From positions 24,897-88,896 of the forward strand of contig CBDDBE010000004.1 of the NCBI GenBank assembly GCA_965225085.1: DNA of 64,000 nucleotides. The letters run 5' to 3'. Position 1 is the first letter of the stretch. Every line of letters begins with the position of its first letter. This stretch comes from an uncultured Candidatus Saccharibacteria bacterium (GTDB lineage: Bacteria; Patescibacteriota; Saccharimonadia; Saccharimonadales; EFPC-124). Positions 62,494 through 64,000 of the stretch are shown here, in pieces. Both the position numbers and the translations under genes were made by a program. The notes below the pieces were generated by a model that ran no database searches, was not told where the DNA came from, and saw only the letters and a list, made by a program, of their open reading frames with translations.

Positions 62494-63195
62494 TCAAGAT
62501 GTACGCAATGACGGGCGTAACTGTCGAAGCTGTAGCAGCCAGTATACCCCGATGCAGATTCCCCATAACGGGAGAGCAAAGCCAGCGACACGTTCCCACC
62601 CTCCGTATCCAAGCCCAGCATACGGTGGCATACCATCCATAAAGGACCCAATCATACCGATGACGCCCCACGCTAGGGTGAACCAGCCAAGCCTGGGTCG
62701 TATTTTTAGGGCAGCAAAGCCGAGCAGAATAAGGCCCATATTTAGGGAAAAGATTGCAAGCCCACCCGAAAGGCTATGGAGGAATGGATTAAGATTGAGC
62801 GGCGAAAAACCCGCGACAACTTCCTCTATACCCCCGAAGAAAAGAAGCCCTAACCCCGTTTTGCGCAATTTTTTACCCGGCCAGAGAGGTCGAAGGACTA
62901 GTATTACCGCAAGCATGATCAGCGCCCCGCTAAGGACAAACGTCGTATCCATTACTGCGTGGAGTGGCGAGCAAACATAGAACCACTGATTCGTCTGTGG
63001 CTCCTTAAAATTGCCGCAGGCTGTTATGCCGAGCGAGCTTATAGATTGCCTTTTGGCACTATACGGCGCCGTAACGCTCAATTGACTGACGGCTTGTCCC
63101 ACAAAGAAAACTACGAGCAAAAGCATACAAATCAAACCCCGCGTAAACCATCTGCGCTGTGCGGGGTCGGCTGCAATATATCCAGGCAATTGCAT
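62494..63195 (-). CDS. membrane protein (DUF998-like)
   Basis: Six or seven hydrophobic segments. Protein-like, in contrast to the overlapping 189-aa plus-strand ORF. Divergent from a TetR gene. Confidence 0.55.
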   Translation of the reverse strand: MQLPGYIAADPAQRRWFTRGLICMLLLVVFFVGQAVSQLSVTAPYSAKRQSISSLGITACGNFKEPQTNQWFYVCSPLHAVMDTTFVLSGALIMLAVILVLRPLWPGKKLRKTGLGLLFFGGIEEVVAGFSPLNLNPFLHSLSGGLAIFSLNMGLILLGFAALKIRPRLGWFTLAWGVIGMIGSFMDGMPPYAGLGYGGWERVAGFALPLWGICIGVYWLLQLRQLRPSLRTS

Positions 63196-63250
63196 CAGAA
63201 ATCTCCTTATACTATACTGATTAGTACGATCGTACTAATCATAACGCAGA

Positions 63251-63880
63251 ATGAAGCGACTAACAACTCAAATCCGCACAACCTATACTCCACGAAACGT
63301 TATTACCGTCACGCAGCGAGAAATTATGCAATGTGCCATGGAAATGATGGCGGAAGTGGGTTACGCACAAACCACTATTGGCTCAGTAAGCAAGCGGCTC
63401 GGTATAAGTAAGGGCGTCATACAATACCATTTTCCGAGTAAGGAGGAGCTCATTCAGGAAACCATCGCTTATATATACGCGACAGCGCGAGACTACATGT
63501 CGTCTCAGATTTGGAATACAACCGACGAATGGAAGCAAATTTGCAGCTTTATACAAGTGAGTTGCCAGTTTTATCAACAGTATCCTATGCATATAAAAGC
63601 ATTGCAGGCAATACGGACAAACTTCCAGCCGACCAGGCATACAAGCCTTGCGCAAACTCTCTACGAACAGGAGCTGGCTGACCTTACGGGTATTTTTACG
63701 TCAGGCCAAACGAAGGGAATATTCCGCACTTTCGATCCAGATGTTATGGCACTAACGCTCCGACTGGCCCTTAATGGAGTCGTGACATGCATATACGGCC
63801 AACCAAACTACGACGTACAAAAGCATGCCGATGAGCTTGTCGCATTATTTGAGCTAGCATTATTAGGGCGTACGGCCTAA
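63251..63880 (+). CDS. TetR/AcrR family transcriptional regulator
   Basis: N-terminal HTH (REIMQCAMEMMAEVGYAQTTIGSVSKRLGISKGVIQYHFPSKEEL). Confidence 0.85.
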   Translation: MKRLTTQIRTTYTPRNVITVTQREIMQCAMEMMAEVGYAQTTIGSVSKRLGISKGVIQYHFPSKEELIQETIAYIYATARDYMSSQIWNTTDEWKQICSFIQVSCQFYQQYPMHIKALQAIRTNFQPTRHTSLAQTLYEQELADLTGIFTSGQTKGIFRTFDPDVMALTLRLALNGVVTCIYGQPNYDVQKHADELVALFELALLGRTA

Positions 63881-64000
63881 CGTTTGGCTCGTCTGCACTC
63901 ATGTTTAAAATCAACAAATACACTTCATTTCACAGAGGTATTTTAAGTTTAATTCGTATCTTACCTTAACTCTGTAAAACGGCTTATGATGAAGAACGCC

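Noticed and set aside
1-64000. Scanned for CRISPR repeats, rRNA/tRNA genes, IS elements, integrases, recombinases and prophage structural genes.
   Set aside because: None were recognised by eye in either strand. The compositionally odd blocks therefore lack any visible mobility gene, so I do not call them mobile elements.

Overview
This is a 64-kb stretch of a compact bacterial chromosome with about 70 protein-coding genes and short intergenic gaps. GC is mid-range by eye, with visibly GC-richer and AT-richer patches. I recognised no rRNA, tRNA, CRISPR array, transposase or integrase.

Housekeeping backbone: cysS, recR, ybaB, dnaB, dnaX, rplL, rplJ, rplA, rplK, nusG, secE, thyA-tmk-dcd and hisS. 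Also present:
- two transporters (AI-2E, MFS);
- envelope glycosyltransferases (two GT-C-like, one membrane GT2);
- an orphan sensor kinase;
- an amino-acid-metabolism patch (hutH, VanX-like dipeptidase, DapF-like epimerase plus GNAT, lysA-like decarboxylase, threonine-aldolase-like enzyme).

Most notable observations:
1. Four dispersed genes (starts 11881, 36333, 40540, 54746) encode proteins with a nearly identical 33-aa N-terminal module. Their C-terminal parts differ: beta-helix (tailspike/pectate-lyase-like) or fibre-like. Two copies flank a small island holding a membrane-anchored protein and two convergent WhiB-like genes. The fourth copy is interrupted at a G7 homopolymer, which could be phase variation or an assembly error.
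2. A T-box-like leader with a UGGG bulge (fits tRNA-His) sits in front of a stand-alone hisG-like gene next to hisS.
3. The normally contiguous secE-nusG-rplKAJL cluster is split by a 1.8-kb block of four small GC-rich orphan ORFs and by a 6.5-kb block.
4. A GC-rich two-gene cassette (GNAT-like plus ATP-grasp-like) lies in an AT-richer neighbourhood.

The taxon cannot be fixed without searches. Gene style looks like a small-genome Gram-positive-type lineage (Saccharibacteria/Patescibacteria-like). WhiB genes and U-less GC hairpins, however, are actinobacterial traits.

All family calls rest on motif recognition by eye. No alignments, HMM searches, folding or GC calculations were run.
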